Source of the DNA: Candidatus Daviesbacteria bacterium
GTDB lineage: Bacteria > Patescibacteriota > Microgenomatia > Daviesbacterales > UBA10151
Direction of reading: 5' to 3'
Assembly: GCA_016187025.1 (NCBI GenBank)
Contig: JACPKM010000004.1
Coordinates: forward strand, 163,637-227,636
Length of the DNA stretch: 64,000 bases
Of the stretch, positions 1-10,133 are shown piece after piece. The notes beneath the pieces were generated by a model. It worked only from the letters and a program-made list of their open reading frames with translations. It made no database searches and was not told the DNA's origin. Position numbers and translations under genes: made by a program. Each line of letters opens with the position of its first letter. Within the stretch, counting starts at the first letter, position 1.

Positions 1-404
1 GGGCAAGAGTAGATGAGGCAAATGTTGAAAAGAAGAAAGCTGAATTTCTCTACAGAGATGTAGATTCGCCAGCTGGCGAATTTAACTTTATGGATCCTGT
101 CTCTTTTGAGCAATTTACTATTTCTTCACAAGTAATTGGGGATCAAGCCAAATATTTAAAAGACGGCTTAGAGGTAATGTTAATTGTGTCAGATGGCGAG
201 GCCTTGGGTTTAGAGCTTCCCATGAGCTTAGTTTATACGATTTCCGAAACCGGTCCCGGAGAAAAAGGAAATACAGTTTCCAATGTTTTCAAAGAAGCAA
301 TTCTTGATAATGGACTGGTTGTTAAAGTGCCTATGTTTATGAAATCTGGAGAAAGAGTTAAAATAGATACTAGATCTGGAGAATATGTAGAAAGGGTGAA
401 ATAA
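1..404 (+). CDS. efp: Elongation factor P, C-terminal part (5' end lies outside the window)
   Basis: The frame is open from nt 3 with no stop. The translation ...FMDPVSFEQF...GEYVERVK matches the EF-P OB-fold domains II-III pattern. The listed ORF 90..404 is just the first in-frame Met. Confidence 0.75.
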   Translation, partial: ARVDEANVEKKKAEFLYRDVDSPAGEFNFMDPVSFEQFTISSQVIGDQAKYLKDGLEVMLIVSDGEALGLELPMSLVYTISETGPGEKGNTVSNVFKEAILDNGLVVKVPMFMKSGERVKIDTRSGEYVERVK

Positions 405-427
405 CAGATCGTGTATAATCAGAAAAT

Positions 428-1321
428 ATGGCCAAAAAGATAACTAAAGCTTTAATACCAGCTGCAGGGTTTGGAACACGTTTTTTACCCCAAACAAAGG
501 CAATGCCAAAGGAAATGCTTCCAATTGTAGACAAACCGGTTATTCAATATGTAGTAGAGGAAATTGTTGCCTCAGGAATTGAAAACATAGTAATAGTTAC
601 AGGTGCTACCAAAAGGGCTATAGAGGACCATTTTGACGTTCCAAATGAGGATTTGGTACAAAATCTGGTAAACGGTAAAAAAGCTGCACTTTTAGAACAA
701 ATTGAACATATCTCCAATATGGCAAACTTTATCTATGTTCGTCAAAAAGGACCGTATGGAAATGGAACTCCAGTGCTTTGTGGTGAATCCGTGATAGAAG
801 ATGAGCCGTTCGCAGTAATTTGGGGTGATGAGTTCATCTATGCTGAGCCCCCAAGACTTAAACAGATGATTGATGTTCACGAAAAATTCGGTGGAATCGT
901 AATCTCTGGAGTGAAAATTGAGAAGAAAGAAGATCTTAAACGTTATGGAATAGCGGACTTAGAGCCGGTTGAAGGAAATGTCTACAAAATTAAATCTATA
1001 GTTGAAAAACCTGATCCTGACAAAGCTCCGTCAAATATTGCAACCCATGGTGCCTATATTCTGCCTCCTGAAATCTTTAGTGCTTTAAAAAGACTTACTC
1101 CTGGACAAGGTGGTGAAATTTGGCTCGTCGACGCTATAAACCTTTTAAAAAAAGAAGGAGTACCTTTGTACGCTGTAGAGATTGAAAATGGAAAATACTA
1201 CGACACAGGCAATAAATTGGAGTATATGAAAACAGTAGTTGATTTAGCTAAGTCTCATCCTGAAATAGGGGAAGAATTTACTAAATACTTAGAAGATTTA
1301 ATTAAAAAGTCTCAAAACTAA
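428..1321 (+). CDS. galU: UTP--glucose-1-phosphate uridylyltransferase
   Basis: N-terminal KALIPAAGFGTRFLPQTKAMPKEMLPIVDKPVIQY is the GalU nucleotide-binding signature. Length is 297 aa. Confidence 0.85.
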   Translation: MAKKITKALIPAAGFGTRFLPQTKAMPKEMLPIVDKPVIQYVVEEIVASGIENIVIVTGATKRAIEDHFDVPNEDLVQNLVNGKKAALLEQIEHISNMANFIYVRQKGPYGNGTPVLCGESVIEDEPFAVIWGDEFIYAEPPRLKQMIDVHEKFGGIVISGVKIEKKEDLKRYGIADLEPVEGNVYKIKSIVEKPDPDKAPSNIATHGAYILPPEIFSALKRLTPGQGGEIWLVDAINLLKKEGVPLYAVEIENGKYYDTGNKLEYMKTVVDLAKSHPEIGEEFTKYLEDLIKKSQN

Positions 1322-1744
1322 TACTATTCCTGTAACTGTTAAAACCTGGTTTAGTATACCAACCTGCATTGTTTTTGTTTTGCCCTGAAGACTAGACTGT
1401 ATTTTGTAAATTAGACCAAAAGGAGGAAACTTCCAACCAAAAAACCAGTATGGTGCTTCTAATATATCCCAAATTTCAGATGCTAAAACTGCTGCTGAAA
1501 AATACCAAAAATCAATATTTCTGCCAAATAATAAATAGGCCAAGAGAAAACCGAATACCAGATCAAAAGTGGCTTCTAAAAACAACCTTAATTTAGTTTT
1601 TTGTCTCCATCCCCAGCCAAAGTCCCAGTGTGGAATTAAATCAAGCAAAGGATGCGAAACTGCAGATAGAGTTATTCCTAATACAGGGTTTTGCATCGAG
1701 GCTGCTATTGCGCCTCCAACTAATGCATGTGCGGTAGCGGTCAT
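1298..1744 (-). CDS. Hypothetical polytopic membrane protein
   Basis: 148 aa with several hydrophobic segments and conserved His/Asp/Trp residues. It sits convergent to galU with a 24-nt 3' overlap. Confidence 0.4.
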   Translation of the reverse strand: MTATAHALVGGAIAASMQNPVLGITLSAVSHPLLDLIPHWDFGWGWRQKTKLRLFLEATFDLVFGFLLAYLLFGRNIDFWYFSAAVLASEIWDILEAPYWFFGWKFPPFGLIYKIQSSLQGKTKTMQVGILNQVLTVTGIVLVLRLFN

Positions 1745-1810
1745 GTTCTTCTTAGTATATCAATCTTTGTCAATTTGATTCAAGTTATTTCTTATGCTAA
1801 GCTTACCATC

Positions 1811-2752
1811 ATGTTTCCCGTGTTGTTTTCCATAGGTAAGGTTTCTATTTCATCCTTTGGTTTTTTCTTAGCTGCTGCATTTTTATATTCTATCTTTTTA
1901 ATTTGGAGACAGGCAAGAGCTGCAGAAATGGATGAAGAAAGAGTGCTGGATTTGAGTTTACTGACATTTTTAGGCGGTTTCCTAGGAGCCAGAGTCTATT
2001 TCATCTTGGAAAACCTGCAATTTTTTGGACTGGATATAGTGAAAATGTTTCATTTTTTAAAATACCCTGGTGTTTCTTTTTGGGGTGGATTTCTTGGTGG
2101 TTGGATAAGTCTGTATTATCTTTCCAGGCGCTTTAAATTGGATTTTTGGCAGATGGCTGATATTGGGTCAGTTGCTTTTTTAGGAGGTTTGATAGTAGCC
2201 GATATCGGATGTCTACTGGGTGGATGCAGTGTAGGGATCAAATCTAGTTTTTTAGGTATTGAGATGGTAGGGGTGGTTGACAAGAGGTTCCCTGTTCAAT
2301 TACTTGAGGCAGTGTTGTTTTCCTTGATTTTGCTCAAAATCTGGCCAAGTGTAACTCATTTTCACCTAAGAGGGAAAATAGTTAGCTCAGTTTTAATATT
2401 TATTGGTATAGTGAAATTTGCAACTGAGTTTTTAAGGGACAGTCAAGGTACAGGTTTTATTTTTTCAATTGTTTTGATTGCACTGGGTATTGCAGTTTTA
2501 TATAAAGTAGTGAATGTATCACTAAGATCCGGAAAGAGGGATTTTACAAAAGATCTTAAAAACCTAGTTTCCTTTCCGATAAGATTTGTAAGAAATAAGC
2601 AATTAAGAGTTGATATATTCCAAAAACTACACAAGAGTTGGTATAATTACATGGTAAATTTTTCATGGAAATGGAAGATTTTGGCCAAAAATCTTTCTTT
2701 CAATAGATTATTAAGGAGGATACATGTTAGACCTAAAATCGAAAACAGTTAA
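1811..2752 (+). CDS. lgt: Prolipoprotein diacylglyceryl transferase
   Basis: LGGFLGARVYFILEN and multiple G-rich TM helices match the Lgt family. I favour the internal start MFPVLF at 1811 over the listed start at 1727. Confidence 0.65.
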   Translation: MFPVLFSIGKVSISSFGFFLAAAFLYSIFLIWRQARAAEMDEERVLDLSLLTFLGGFLGARVYFILENLQFFGLDIVKMFHFLKYPGVSFWGGFLGGWISLYYLSRRFKLDFWQMADIGSVAFLGGLIVADIGCLLGGCSVGIKSSFLGIEMVGVVDKRFPVQLLEAVLFSLILLKIWPSVTHFHLRGKIVSSVLIFIGIVKFATEFLRDSQGTGFIFSIVLIALGIAVLYKVVNVSLRSGKRDFTKDLKNLVSFPIRFVRNKQLRVDIFQKLHKSWYNYMVNFSWKWKILAKNLSFNRLLRRIHVRPKIENS

Positions 2753-3077
2753 ATTAATCAAAAATAAGCTACTTAGGCAAAAGAGTGAAGTTGAGGTAAA
2801 CCTAAAAGAAGTGGAGCAAGATGACCCAGCATTGGAAACAGTGGTAGAATCCAGTGAACCCGGGACTGACTCCTATATTGCTGAAACTCACACCAGATCG
2901 GTTATTTTAATGAGTAACTTGAAAAAGATAAGAGAAAATATAAAAAAATCCTTGGAAAAAATCAAAAGTGGAATTTATGGAAAATGCGAGAAATGTGGAA
3001 AACAGATAGAAACCGCCCGTTTGATTGTAATGCCTACAGCAGACTACTGTGTTTCTTGTAATAATAAAAAGAAGTGA
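2724..3077 (+). CDS. DksA/TraR-family C4 zinc-finger protein
   Basis: C-terminal CEKCGKQI...ADYCVSC four-Cys motif follows a coiled-coil region. A perfect SD AAGGAGG at 2713..2719 lies 5 nt upstream of the ATG. Confidence 0.7.
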   Translation: MLDLKSKTVKLIKNKLLRQKSEVEVNLKEVEQDDPALETVVESSEPGTDSYIAETHTRSVILMSNLKKIRENIKKSLEKIKSGIYGKCEKCGKQIETARLIVMPTADYCVSCNNKKK

Positions 3078-3091
3078 TCTGATACAAGAAA

Positions 3092-3120
3092 CCGAGGGCC
3101 AAAAAGCCCTCGGAAATTTT
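3092..3120. terminator. Intrinsic terminator hairpin between convergent genes
   Basis: ccgagggc-caaaaa-gccctcgg forms an 8-bp GC-rich stem, followed by aaatttt. Confidence 0.5.
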
Positions 3121-3142
3121 CCTTACCAAATTCACCTAAAAC

Positions 3143-3472
3143 CTAATCTGTGTGCCAAGGCAGCCTTGCCTTTGGATTGCTCCAGAAATAAGCAAGATAT
3201 AATGCTACTGCAAAACCACCTGCTAAAAATGACCATAAATTAGTACCCTCCAAGTTAGCGTTCCATGGTAGAACCAATCCTCCTTGACCCGAGGCCAAAC
3301 CCAGAACATATAATGCAATTAAAACATTAACAAAACCCCAAATAACATTAAGCTCTGGTGAAGAAACCCTTTTGAAAGGAGTCATATGTTTTTGGCCGGT
3401 AATTCCTTTTACCAGATGCGGAATTGAATTCCAGGCAAAAAAACCTGCAACAAAATACCAAAGAAGTTCCAA
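3143..3472 (-). CDS. Small hypothetical membrane protein
   Basis: 109 aa with three predicted hydrophobic helices. Confidence 0.4.
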   Translation of the reverse strand: MELLWYFVAGFFAWNSIPHLVKGITGQKHMTPFKRVSSPELNVIWGFVNVLIALYVLGLASGQGGLVLPWNANLEGTNLWSFLAGGFAVALYLAYFWSNPKARLPWHTD

Positions 3473-3524
3473 AACTATTCACCTCCTTTCAGTTATACTA
3501 TTATCATCATGAGCATAATAAGAA

Positions 3525-4400
3525 TTGATTGTCAAATTAGAAAAATTTTTATGCTTAAGCTACAATAAAATTATGGTAAGAATAAAACTAGCCGTGAGAC
3601 AAACAAAGTTAATAAAGTTGCCTGGAAGTGATTTAATAAAACAAATTTTGGAATATGTACAGGTAGAAAGATTGCGCCCTCAGGTAAAAAAAGCAGCTTT
3701 GAAAGCAAGAAAAGGGGAAATAATCCTCATACCGGCTGATGGTGTATATAATCTTTCTACCAATGGCACCTTACCTCATGCTGTAGAAACCAGTAGAGCA
3801 ATCAAGCAAAGGACTAAAGCACATAGAGAAGGCATGATAACCCCTCCAAAAAAGCTTTTAAGATATATAGATTTAAAAACGCTAAAAGAACTTAACGGAA
3901 TCGGGTTTGAGGTAATAGATAAATTATATAAAGCCGGTCAAATAGGCTTAATTATCCCTTGTTTAGAAGAAGTTACTCCTTCGCACCTTATTACTTACCA
4001 TGAAATCAATGGCAAACAGATTCCTACTGTTTTGAATGTTTGGAATTACAAATGCAAAATTTGGCAGCTACTCGATAAAGAATTTTCGAAAGACCCTAAT
4101 ATGCTTTGGGTGGGAACATCGGCAAATATTAGCAATAATCCTTCTATTACTGATTTTGCCACAGCTATTGAAACTTTTGGCCAGATGGTTTCAGCTGCTA
4201 TAAAGGACCCCAGAGAGCATAGACATATTTATACTGGTTCATATACTGTTATAAATTTGGCAAAAAAAATACCTGAGGTTCATAGGATAGGGTCTATCGA
4301 CCCAAATAAGCATCCTGAAAAGTTTAATAAGCTTGTGAAAGTATTAGCAAGTAGTAAAATCAACTTGGTAATCCCGTCCGATACAAAAAAAACCAATTGA
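3525..4400 (+). CDS. YrdC/Sua5-family (L-threonylcarbamoyladenylate synthase-like) protein
   Basis: ILIPADGVYNL resembles the PTDTVYGL motif and WVGTSANISN resembles the TSANxSG motif of the YrdC fold. An N-terminal extension is present and the true start may be the internal Met at 3573. Confidence 0.45.
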   Translation: MIVKLEKFLCLSYNKIMVRIKLAVRQTKLIKLPGSDLIKQILEYVQVERLRPQVKKAALKARKGEIILIPADGVYNLSTNGTLPHAVETSRAIKQRTKAHREGMITPPKKLLRYIDLKTLKELNGIGFEVIDKLYKAGQIGLIIPCLEEVTPSHLITYHEINGKQIPTVLNVWNYKCKIWQLLDKEFSKDPNMLWVGTSANISNNPSITDFATAIETFGQMVSAAIKDPREHRHIYTGSYTVINLAKKIPEVHRIGSIDPNKHPEKFNKLVKVLASSKINLVIPSDTKKTN

Positions 4401-4442
4401 AGGCACTTTCATCCCAAGAGTAGTCTGGTTTATACTGTATAT

Positions 4443-5924
4443 ATGCTGATAGGGATAATTGCTTTAACAGTTTTACTTTTGGTAGTTGTTCTAATCCTGA
4501 AACAGCTATATCAAAAGTTTAATAAGCAAGTTGCCAAGCTATCCTATCAAAATAGACTACTGCAAGCTTTAAGACACCTAGATATTGCAGCTCTTTCTAC
4601 TACTGAGTTAGAACCTATCTGTCAACAAATAGTCAATGCCATAAGAGGAGAGCTGGGGTATTTTTTTGGTGCAGTGGCGCTAATAGATGAGAGGTTAGGG
4701 GGGTTAAGAAGAATCGCAATCTCAGAGGATCCTAGGCTAAAAGAAGTTCTCCGCCGTTTACCTATAGAATACAGCAAACAAGTAGTGCCTTTTGATAGAA
4801 AAGATAATACTTTAATACAAGTAATCACAGATCAAAAAAGTAGGTATACTGATCGGCTATTTGATTTACAAAGGGGTGTTTTCTCGCCTGACATTTCTGA
4901 TAATATGCAATCAACTCTGAGCATGAAGGGTTTTTTTGTGTACCCTTTGGTTACCAAAAGAAGGGTGCTTGGTATCATGTATTATTGCACTACGGTTCCA
5001 AAAGAAAAGTTTTCTAGTTTTGAGTTTGATGTGATGGATGAGTTTAGTAGAGAAGTGGCCCGTGTTTTGGATAACGCCCTGTTGTATCAAGATCTAAAGC
5101 AAACTACAGGTGAGCTTAGTGTTGCTAATACAAGGCTTAAAGATCTCGATAAACTAAAAGATGATTTCGTATCAGTTGCTTCACATGAGTTGAGAACTCC
5201 TATGACTGCAATCCGTTCATATGCATGGATGGCTCTTAACCGCTCTAATGTAGTTCTATCACCTCAACTGGAGAAATATTTAATAAGAATTTTAATCTCT
5301 ACCGAGCGCTTAATTAACCTTGTTAATGACATGTTAAATATTTCCAGGATTGAATCAGGTAGAATTGAGATAAACCCAGAACCAGTGGATATGATCTCTC
5401 TTTGCAGAGATATTATTGACGAAGTCTATTATTCTAAGGTTTCCGAGAGAAATATCAATTTTATCTTACTAGAAGAGCGTTTACCTAAAGTGTTTGCTGA
5501 CCCTGAAAAATTTAGACAAGTGCTTTTAAATATTGTGGGTAATGCGCTTAAATTCTCTCCAAAAGGAGGGAAAATTACCATAGGATTTTTAACTGATGGT
5601 AAGGTAGTGGAAACATATGTTCAAGATGAGGGGCCGGGTATTAGCAAAGAAGATTTAGGTAGATTATTTACTAAGTTTGGCAGGCTAGATAACTCCTATA
5701 CTGCTACAGCTACATCTGGTGGAACCGGTTTGGGTTTGTACATTTCAAAAAATCTGGTAGAGCTAATGCATGGTAAGATTTGGGCCAGTTCAAAAGGTCT
5801 TGGTAAAGGAGCTACTTTTGCTTTATGTCTACCCATTGCTTCTGAGGAGGTAATAAAAAATGCCGAAAAGTTTCATATAAAACCATCAGGAGAAGTTAGA
5901 GGTTTAGAGCCTGTTGCAATTTAG
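4443..5924 (+). CDS. Sensor histidine kinase (N-terminal TM anchor, GAF-like domain, HisKA, HATPase_c)
   Basis: H-box SHELRTPMTAIRSY, N-box NIVGNALKFS, G-boxes DEGPGI and GGTGLGLYISKNLVELMHG. Confidence 0.85.
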   Translation: MLIGIIALTVLLLVVVLILKQLYQKFNKQVAKLSYQNRLLQALRHLDIAALSTTELEPICQQIVNAIRGELGYFFGAVALIDERLGGLRRIAISEDPRLKEVLRRLPIEYSKQVVPFDRKDNTLIQVITDQKSRYTDRLFDLQRGVFSPDISDNMQSTLSMKGFFVYPLVTKRRVLGIMYYCTTVPKEKFSSFEFDVMDEFSREVARVLDNALLYQDLKQTTGELSVANTRLKDLDKLKDDFVSVASHELRTPMTAIRSYAWMALNRSNVVLSPQLEKYLIRILISTERLINLVNDMLNISRIESGRIEINPEPVDMISLCRDIIDEVYYSKVSERNINFILLEERLPKVFADPEKFRQVLLNIVGNALKFSPKGGKITIGFLTDGKVVETYVQDEGPGISKEDLGRLFTKFGRLDNSYTATATSGGTGLGLYISKNLVELMHGKIWASSKGLGKGATFALCLPIASEEVIKNAEKFHIKPSGEVRGLEPVAI

Positions 5925-5968
5925 CCCTGTAACGAGTAAAAATAAGGTAGCAAGCCTTTGTTAAAAAT

Positions 5969-6352
5969 ATGGATAATAGTCAAAAAAGAATTTTAGTTGT
6001 TGAGGATGACCAATTTTTAAGAGAGTTCTATCAGGAACTTTTGATGGGTGAGGGTTATAACGTAGATGTAGCAGCAGATGGAGAAATAGCTTTCCAAAAG
6101 GCTCATGAAGGAGGATACAACTTAATCCTTTTGGATATAATGTTACCTAAAAAAGATGGCCTTCAAGTTATGCGGGATCTAAGGATTCACTCTCCACTCA
6201 AGCCAAATGGTCCGATTATTGCTCTAACTAATTTAGGCCATGATGTTGTAATCAAACAATGCTTTGAGCTGGGAGCCAGCGGTTATTTAATAAAATCTGC
6301 TTTAAATCCCGATCAAGTATTAACAGAGGTCCGTTCATATTTGCAAAAGTAG
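5969..6352 (+). CDS. Single-domain response regulator (CheY-like receiver, no output domain)
   Basis: ILVVEDD...LILLDIMLPKKDG...conserved K; 127 aa. Confidence 0.8.
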   Translation: MDNSQKRILVVEDDQFLREFYQELLMGEGYNVDVAADGEIAFQKAHEGGYNLILLDIMLPKKDGLQVMRDLRIHSPLKPNGPIIALTNLGHDVVIKQCFELGASGYLIKSALNPDQVLTEVRSYLQK

Positions 6353-6370
6353 TCTTCTTTTTAATCCATT

Positions 6371-7144
6371 ATGGAAAATAATCCCTATACACTTCAGGTA
6401 ATTTATGAAGATGAGTATATTTTAGTAATTAATAAACCAGCTCATTTGATCACTGCCAAAACAGATACTGGTAATCAAACAACTATTGAGGATTTATTAG
6501 CAAAAGATTTTAAAATAGATACAGAAAATGCAGGTTTAGTTCATCGGCTCGACAAAGAAACTTCGGGTTTGCTGGTTGTAGCAAAAACTCCTCAAGCACG
6601 CGCGAACATTCAGGATCAGTTTAAAGAGAGGCTTGTTAAAAAAGAATACTTAGCCTTAGCACATGGTTTTATATCTGAAAAAGGCGAGATAAATTTGGCA
6701 ATTGGTAGAAATCCTTTTAGGCATGATAAGTTTTCTGCAATCGAAGATGGAAGAGAGTCAGTAACAGAATACGAACCAATTGAGAAAAAAGCGATAAGCG
6801 CACAATTAAGAAGTGTTTTAAAAGAGCAGTTAGGTAAGCAAAAGTTTAAAAAAATGGAGCAAATGAATTATGGAAAATTTACCTATCTTAAATGTAAACC
6901 AAAGACTGGACGGACCCATCAAATTAGAGTACATTTAAAGTATATCAACCATCCAATAGTTGGGGATAGTAAATACGGTGGGCGGAAAACCCAAAAGATT
7001 GATTCTATTTGGTGCCCAAGGCAATTTTTACATGCAGCAAAATTGGAATTTTATCACCCCATAACAGCTGGTTGGTTGGAATTTGAAAGTGATTTACCAG
7101 AAGATTTAGTAAAAGCTCTAAATTTGTTAGGTAAACATCAGTAA
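6371..7144 (+). CDS. RluA-family 23S/tRNA pseudouridine synthase
   Basis: Catalytic motif HRLDKETSGLLVVAKT; family-typical length. Confidence 0.8.
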   Translation: MENNPYTLQVIYEDEYILVINKPAHLITAKTDTGNQTTIEDLLAKDFKIDTENAGLVHRLDKETSGLLVVAKTPQARANIQDQFKERLVKKEYLALAHGFISEKGEINLAIGRNPFRHDKFSAIEDGRESVTEYEPIEKKAISAQLRSVLKEQLGKQKFKKMEQMNYGKFTYLKCKPKTGRTHQIRVHLKYINHPIVGDSKYGGRKTQKIDSIWCPRQFLHAAKLEFYHPITAGWLEFESDLPEDLVKALNLLGKHQ

Positions 7145-7151
7145 TTTATTC

Positions 7152-8858
7152 ATGGACAATATATTCGTTCAACTTGCGGCAATTTTAGGCTCATCATCGA
7201 TACTAGGCTATATTACTCATAAGTTAAAACTACCCATACTTATTGCCTATCTTTTGGTGGGTTTGGTCATAGCAACCGTAACAATTTTTAATCTTAAAGA
7301 TTCTGAGGTTTTACGGTTTCTACCTGAAATCGGTATTGCTTTTGTTTTATTTCTGGTAGGAATGGAACTAGATCTAAGAGAAATTAAAAAATTTGGCAGG
7401 CCAATAATTATAGCCTCAATTTTACAAATACTAATTTCTTCTTTTGCTGGTTTTGCCATAGCCGGAGCATTTGGTTTTGGCATGATTGAATCTATATATT
7501 TGGGAGTAGGACTATCATTTTCTTCAACAATAGTTGTTATAAAGCTGCTTTTGGAAAAAAATGACTTAACTTCCTTATATGGAAAGCTTTCGGTTGGCAT
7601 TTTGCTTATGGAGGATTTAATTGCTGTTTTGATCTTGCTTGGACTGACAGTATCTCCATCTTTTTTCAATTTTGGATTTCAGCAAACCTTTCCGATTGTG
7701 TCATTTGTTTTTAAGGTATTTATTTTATTTGCAGCTACTGTTTTGATAAACAGATATGTGCTACCAAAAATTTTTGATGAAGTTTCTGAGTCGGTAGAAT
7801 TGCTCTTTTTGTCTGCAATTGCATGGTGTTTTGTTTATGTAGCTTTTGCTCTTGCCTTGGGTTTTTCAGTGGTCATAGGAGCATTTTTGGCAGGTATAGG
7901 ATTGGCATCTTCCCCATATCACTATCAGATTCAAGGTAAGGTTAAGCCTTTAAGAGATTTTTTCCTAACTTTATTCTTTGTTTATTTAGGCACGCAAGTG
8001 AATTTTTCAGATTTAAAAAATGTATATCCGGCAATAATAGCTTTTACATTATATGCAGTAGTTGCCAAGCCAATTATCTTTTTACTGGTTTTAGGTAGTT
8101 TCGGATTCAGAAAACACACGATGTTTCAAACTGCTATAAATTTATCAAACATTTCAGAATTTTCTTTAATTGTACTTTTAGTAGGGCTTCAGATGGGTTT
8201 TGTCAGCAGTTCATCTTTGACAGTGATTGCAGTTTCACTAATTCTTTCTACAATCATATCCTCACTTTTAATCTCTAAATCTGTGGCAGTATACAAATAC
8301 ATGAAATCATTAATTTCATTTTTTGAAAGAAGAACTCCCCATAAACTAGTGCAAGATACCAGCAATTATGATTTAAAAGACCATGTAGTAATAATAGGTT
8401 CACAGCATGTAGGAGAAAGTTTGGTTAAATACTTTCAAAAAGAAAGTATCCAGATGGTAGTTTTGGATTTTAATCCATACCAGGTTGAAAGGTTGTTACT
8501 GGGTAAAATACCTGTTGTGTTTGGAGATATGGGAGATCCTGAAGTTTTGGAGATACTAAACTTAAGTGAGGCTAAAATGATTATTTCAACAGTTCCCAAC
8601 TTGGCAGATAATAAATTATTGATTGAAGAAATAAAGGATAGAAGCCTAAATATTCCTTTAATAATCCGCGCAGATACTATTAAGGAAGCAAAGGAGTTAT
8701 ATAAATTTGGGGCAACTTTTGTCTTTGTACCAGATTTGGTTTCAGGAGATTTCTTAGTAGAGATGTTAAAAAACCACTTAGAGGATAGGGGATATTTTAA
8801 GGAAAGGCCTAAGGTAGAGATGGAGAAGTTATCGCGTAAAAATCTAGCCTGGGAATAG
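7152..8858 (+). CDS. CPA2 (Kef-type) monovalent cation:proton antiporter with C-terminal RCK/TrkA-N domain
   Basis: About 12 TM helices, then VVIIGSQHVGESL, a Rossmann-type RCK domain. Confidence 0.75.
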   Translation: MDNIFVQLAAILGSSSILGYITHKLKLPILIAYLLVGLVIATVTIFNLKDSEVLRFLPEIGIAFVLFLVGMELDLREIKKFGRPIIIASILQILISSFAGFAIAGAFGFGMIESIYLGVGLSFSSTIVVIKLLLEKNDLTSLYGKLSVGILLMEDLIAVLILLGLTVSPSFFNFGFQQTFPIVSFVFKVFILFAATVLINRYVLPKIFDEVSESVELLFLSAIAWCFVYVAFALALGFSVVIGAFLAGIGLASSPYHYQIQGKVKPLRDFFLTLFFVYLGTQVNFSDLKNVYPAIIAFTLYAVVAKPIIFLLVLGSFGFRKHTMFQTAINLSNISEFSLIVLLVGLQMGFVSSSSLTVIAVSLILSTIISSLLISKSVAVYKYMKSLISFFERRTPHKLVQDTSNYDLKDHVVIIGSQHVGESLVKYFQKESIQMVVLDFNPYQVERLLLGKIPVVFGDMGDPEVLEILNLSEAKMIISTVPNLADNKLLIEEIKDRSLNIPLIIRADTIKEAKELYKFGATFVFVPDLVSGDFLVEMLKNHLEDRGYFKERPKVEMEKLSRKNLAWE

Positions 8859-8879
8859 AATTGGGTAAAATGTAGCTTA

Positions 8880-10076
8880 ATGAATAGATTTAAAATTTTG
8901 CACAAAGATAAAAGTAGTCGGGTTGGTATTTTAAAAACAGCCCACGGAGAGATTGAAACACCTAATTTTATTCCAGTTGGCACTCAAGCCTCTGTAAAGG
9001 CTGTTTCTCCGAGAGATTTAAAAGAGCTAGGAGCTCAGGTAGTTTTGGCTAACACCTACCATCTAATGCTTCGTCCAGGTGCAAATTTAATAGAGGAGAT
9101 GGGTGGGTTGCATAAGTTTATGGGTTGGAACGGCCCGGTAATGACAGATTCAGGGGGCTTTCAGGTGTTTTCTTTAGGGTTGGCATTGGAACATGGCGTA
9201 GGGAAATTTTTACAAAACGAGTTTACTAAATCAAAACCCAGACTGAATAAAGTAACCGAAGAAGGAGTTATTTTTCAATCTCACATAGATGGTTCAAAAT
9301 ATACTTTGGATGCAGAAAAAAGCATAGATTTACAGGTTAAATTAGGGGCAGATTTAATTGTTGCCTTTGATGATTTGGAGTCACCACTTCACAGTTTTGA
9401 TGAAACCTTAAAATCGCTGGAACTGACTGAGAGGTGGGAGCAAAGAAGCCTTAAGGCTTTTAAAAAATATGCTAAAGCAGGTCAACTGCTTTATGGGGTA
9501 ACTCATGGAGGTGTTTTTGAAGATCTCAGGATTAGGTCCGCCAAGTTTGTTGACAAACACTTTGATGCAATAGCCTTGGGAGGGGCTCACGAGGATCGCA
9601 AAACCCTCTATAAAGTTGTAGAGTGGACTGTTGGTAGTATCTCTGAGGAAAAACCAAGGCATCTTCTAGGTATCGGTGAGGTGGAAGATCTGTTTAATTG
9701 TGTAGAAAGAGGGATAGATCTGTTTGACTGTGCAGCCCCCACCAGACGGGCAAGAAACGGTTCTTTATATGTTTCACCTGGTTCTGGAGATTATTCTTCT
9801 TTAAAAGGGTATCAGGCAAAAAATTACACTATTAACATTAAAACTTCTAAATTTTCTAAAGATAAAAATCCAATTGATAAAAATTGCAAATGTTTGTGTT
9901 GTACCAACTTTACCAGAGCCTATTTGCATCATTTATACTCTACTGGAGAAATTTTATACCATGAGCTGGCAAGTATTCATAATTTGTTTTTTGTAATTGA
10001 TTTAATGAAGAAGATAAGAGAGAGTATTGGCAACAACCGGTTTGATACATTAAAAAACTCATGGATTTCCTTTTAA
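8880..10076 (+). CDS. tgt: Queuine tRNA-ribosyltransferase
   Basis: N-terminus GILKTAHGEIETPNFIPVGTQASVK and zinc motif CKCLCCTNFTRAYLHHL. Confidence 0.85.
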   Translation: MNRFKILHKDKSSRVGILKTAHGEIETPNFIPVGTQASVKAVSPRDLKELGAQVVLANTYHLMLRPGANLIEEMGGLHKFMGWNGPVMTDSGGFQVFSLGLALEHGVGKFLQNEFTKSKPRLNKVTEEGVIFQSHIDGSKYTLDAEKSIDLQVKLGADLIVAFDDLESPLHSFDETLKSLELTERWEQRSLKAFKKYAKAGQLLYGVTHGGVFEDLRIRSAKFVDKHFDAIALGGAHEDRKTLYKVVEWTVGSISEEKPRHLLGIGEVEDLFNCVERGIDLFDCAAPTRRARNGSLYVSPGSGDYSSLKGYQAKNYTINIKTSKFSKDKNPIDKNCKCLCCTNFTRAYLHHLYSTGEILYHELASIHNLFFVIDLMKKIRESIGNNRFDTLKNSWISF

Positions 10077-10112
10077 AAAGCTAGGGCGATTATCTCAACC
10101 CTAGCTTTTTAA
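10077..10112. terminator. Bidirectional intrinsic terminator
   Basis: aaagctaggg-cgattatctcaa-ccctagcttt forms a 10-bp stem, followed by ttttaaaa. It lies between convergent tgt and the Pro-rich ORF. Confidence 0.55.
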
Positions 10113-10133
10113 AATTCTTCATAATTAAAGAAT

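Noticed and set aside
1727-1810. Listed N-terminal extension of lgt (start at 1727)
   Set aside because: The extension overlaps the convergent membrane-protein gene and is Cys/Ser-rich without homology. Lgt families begin near the MFPVLF segment, so the internal start at 1811 is preferred.
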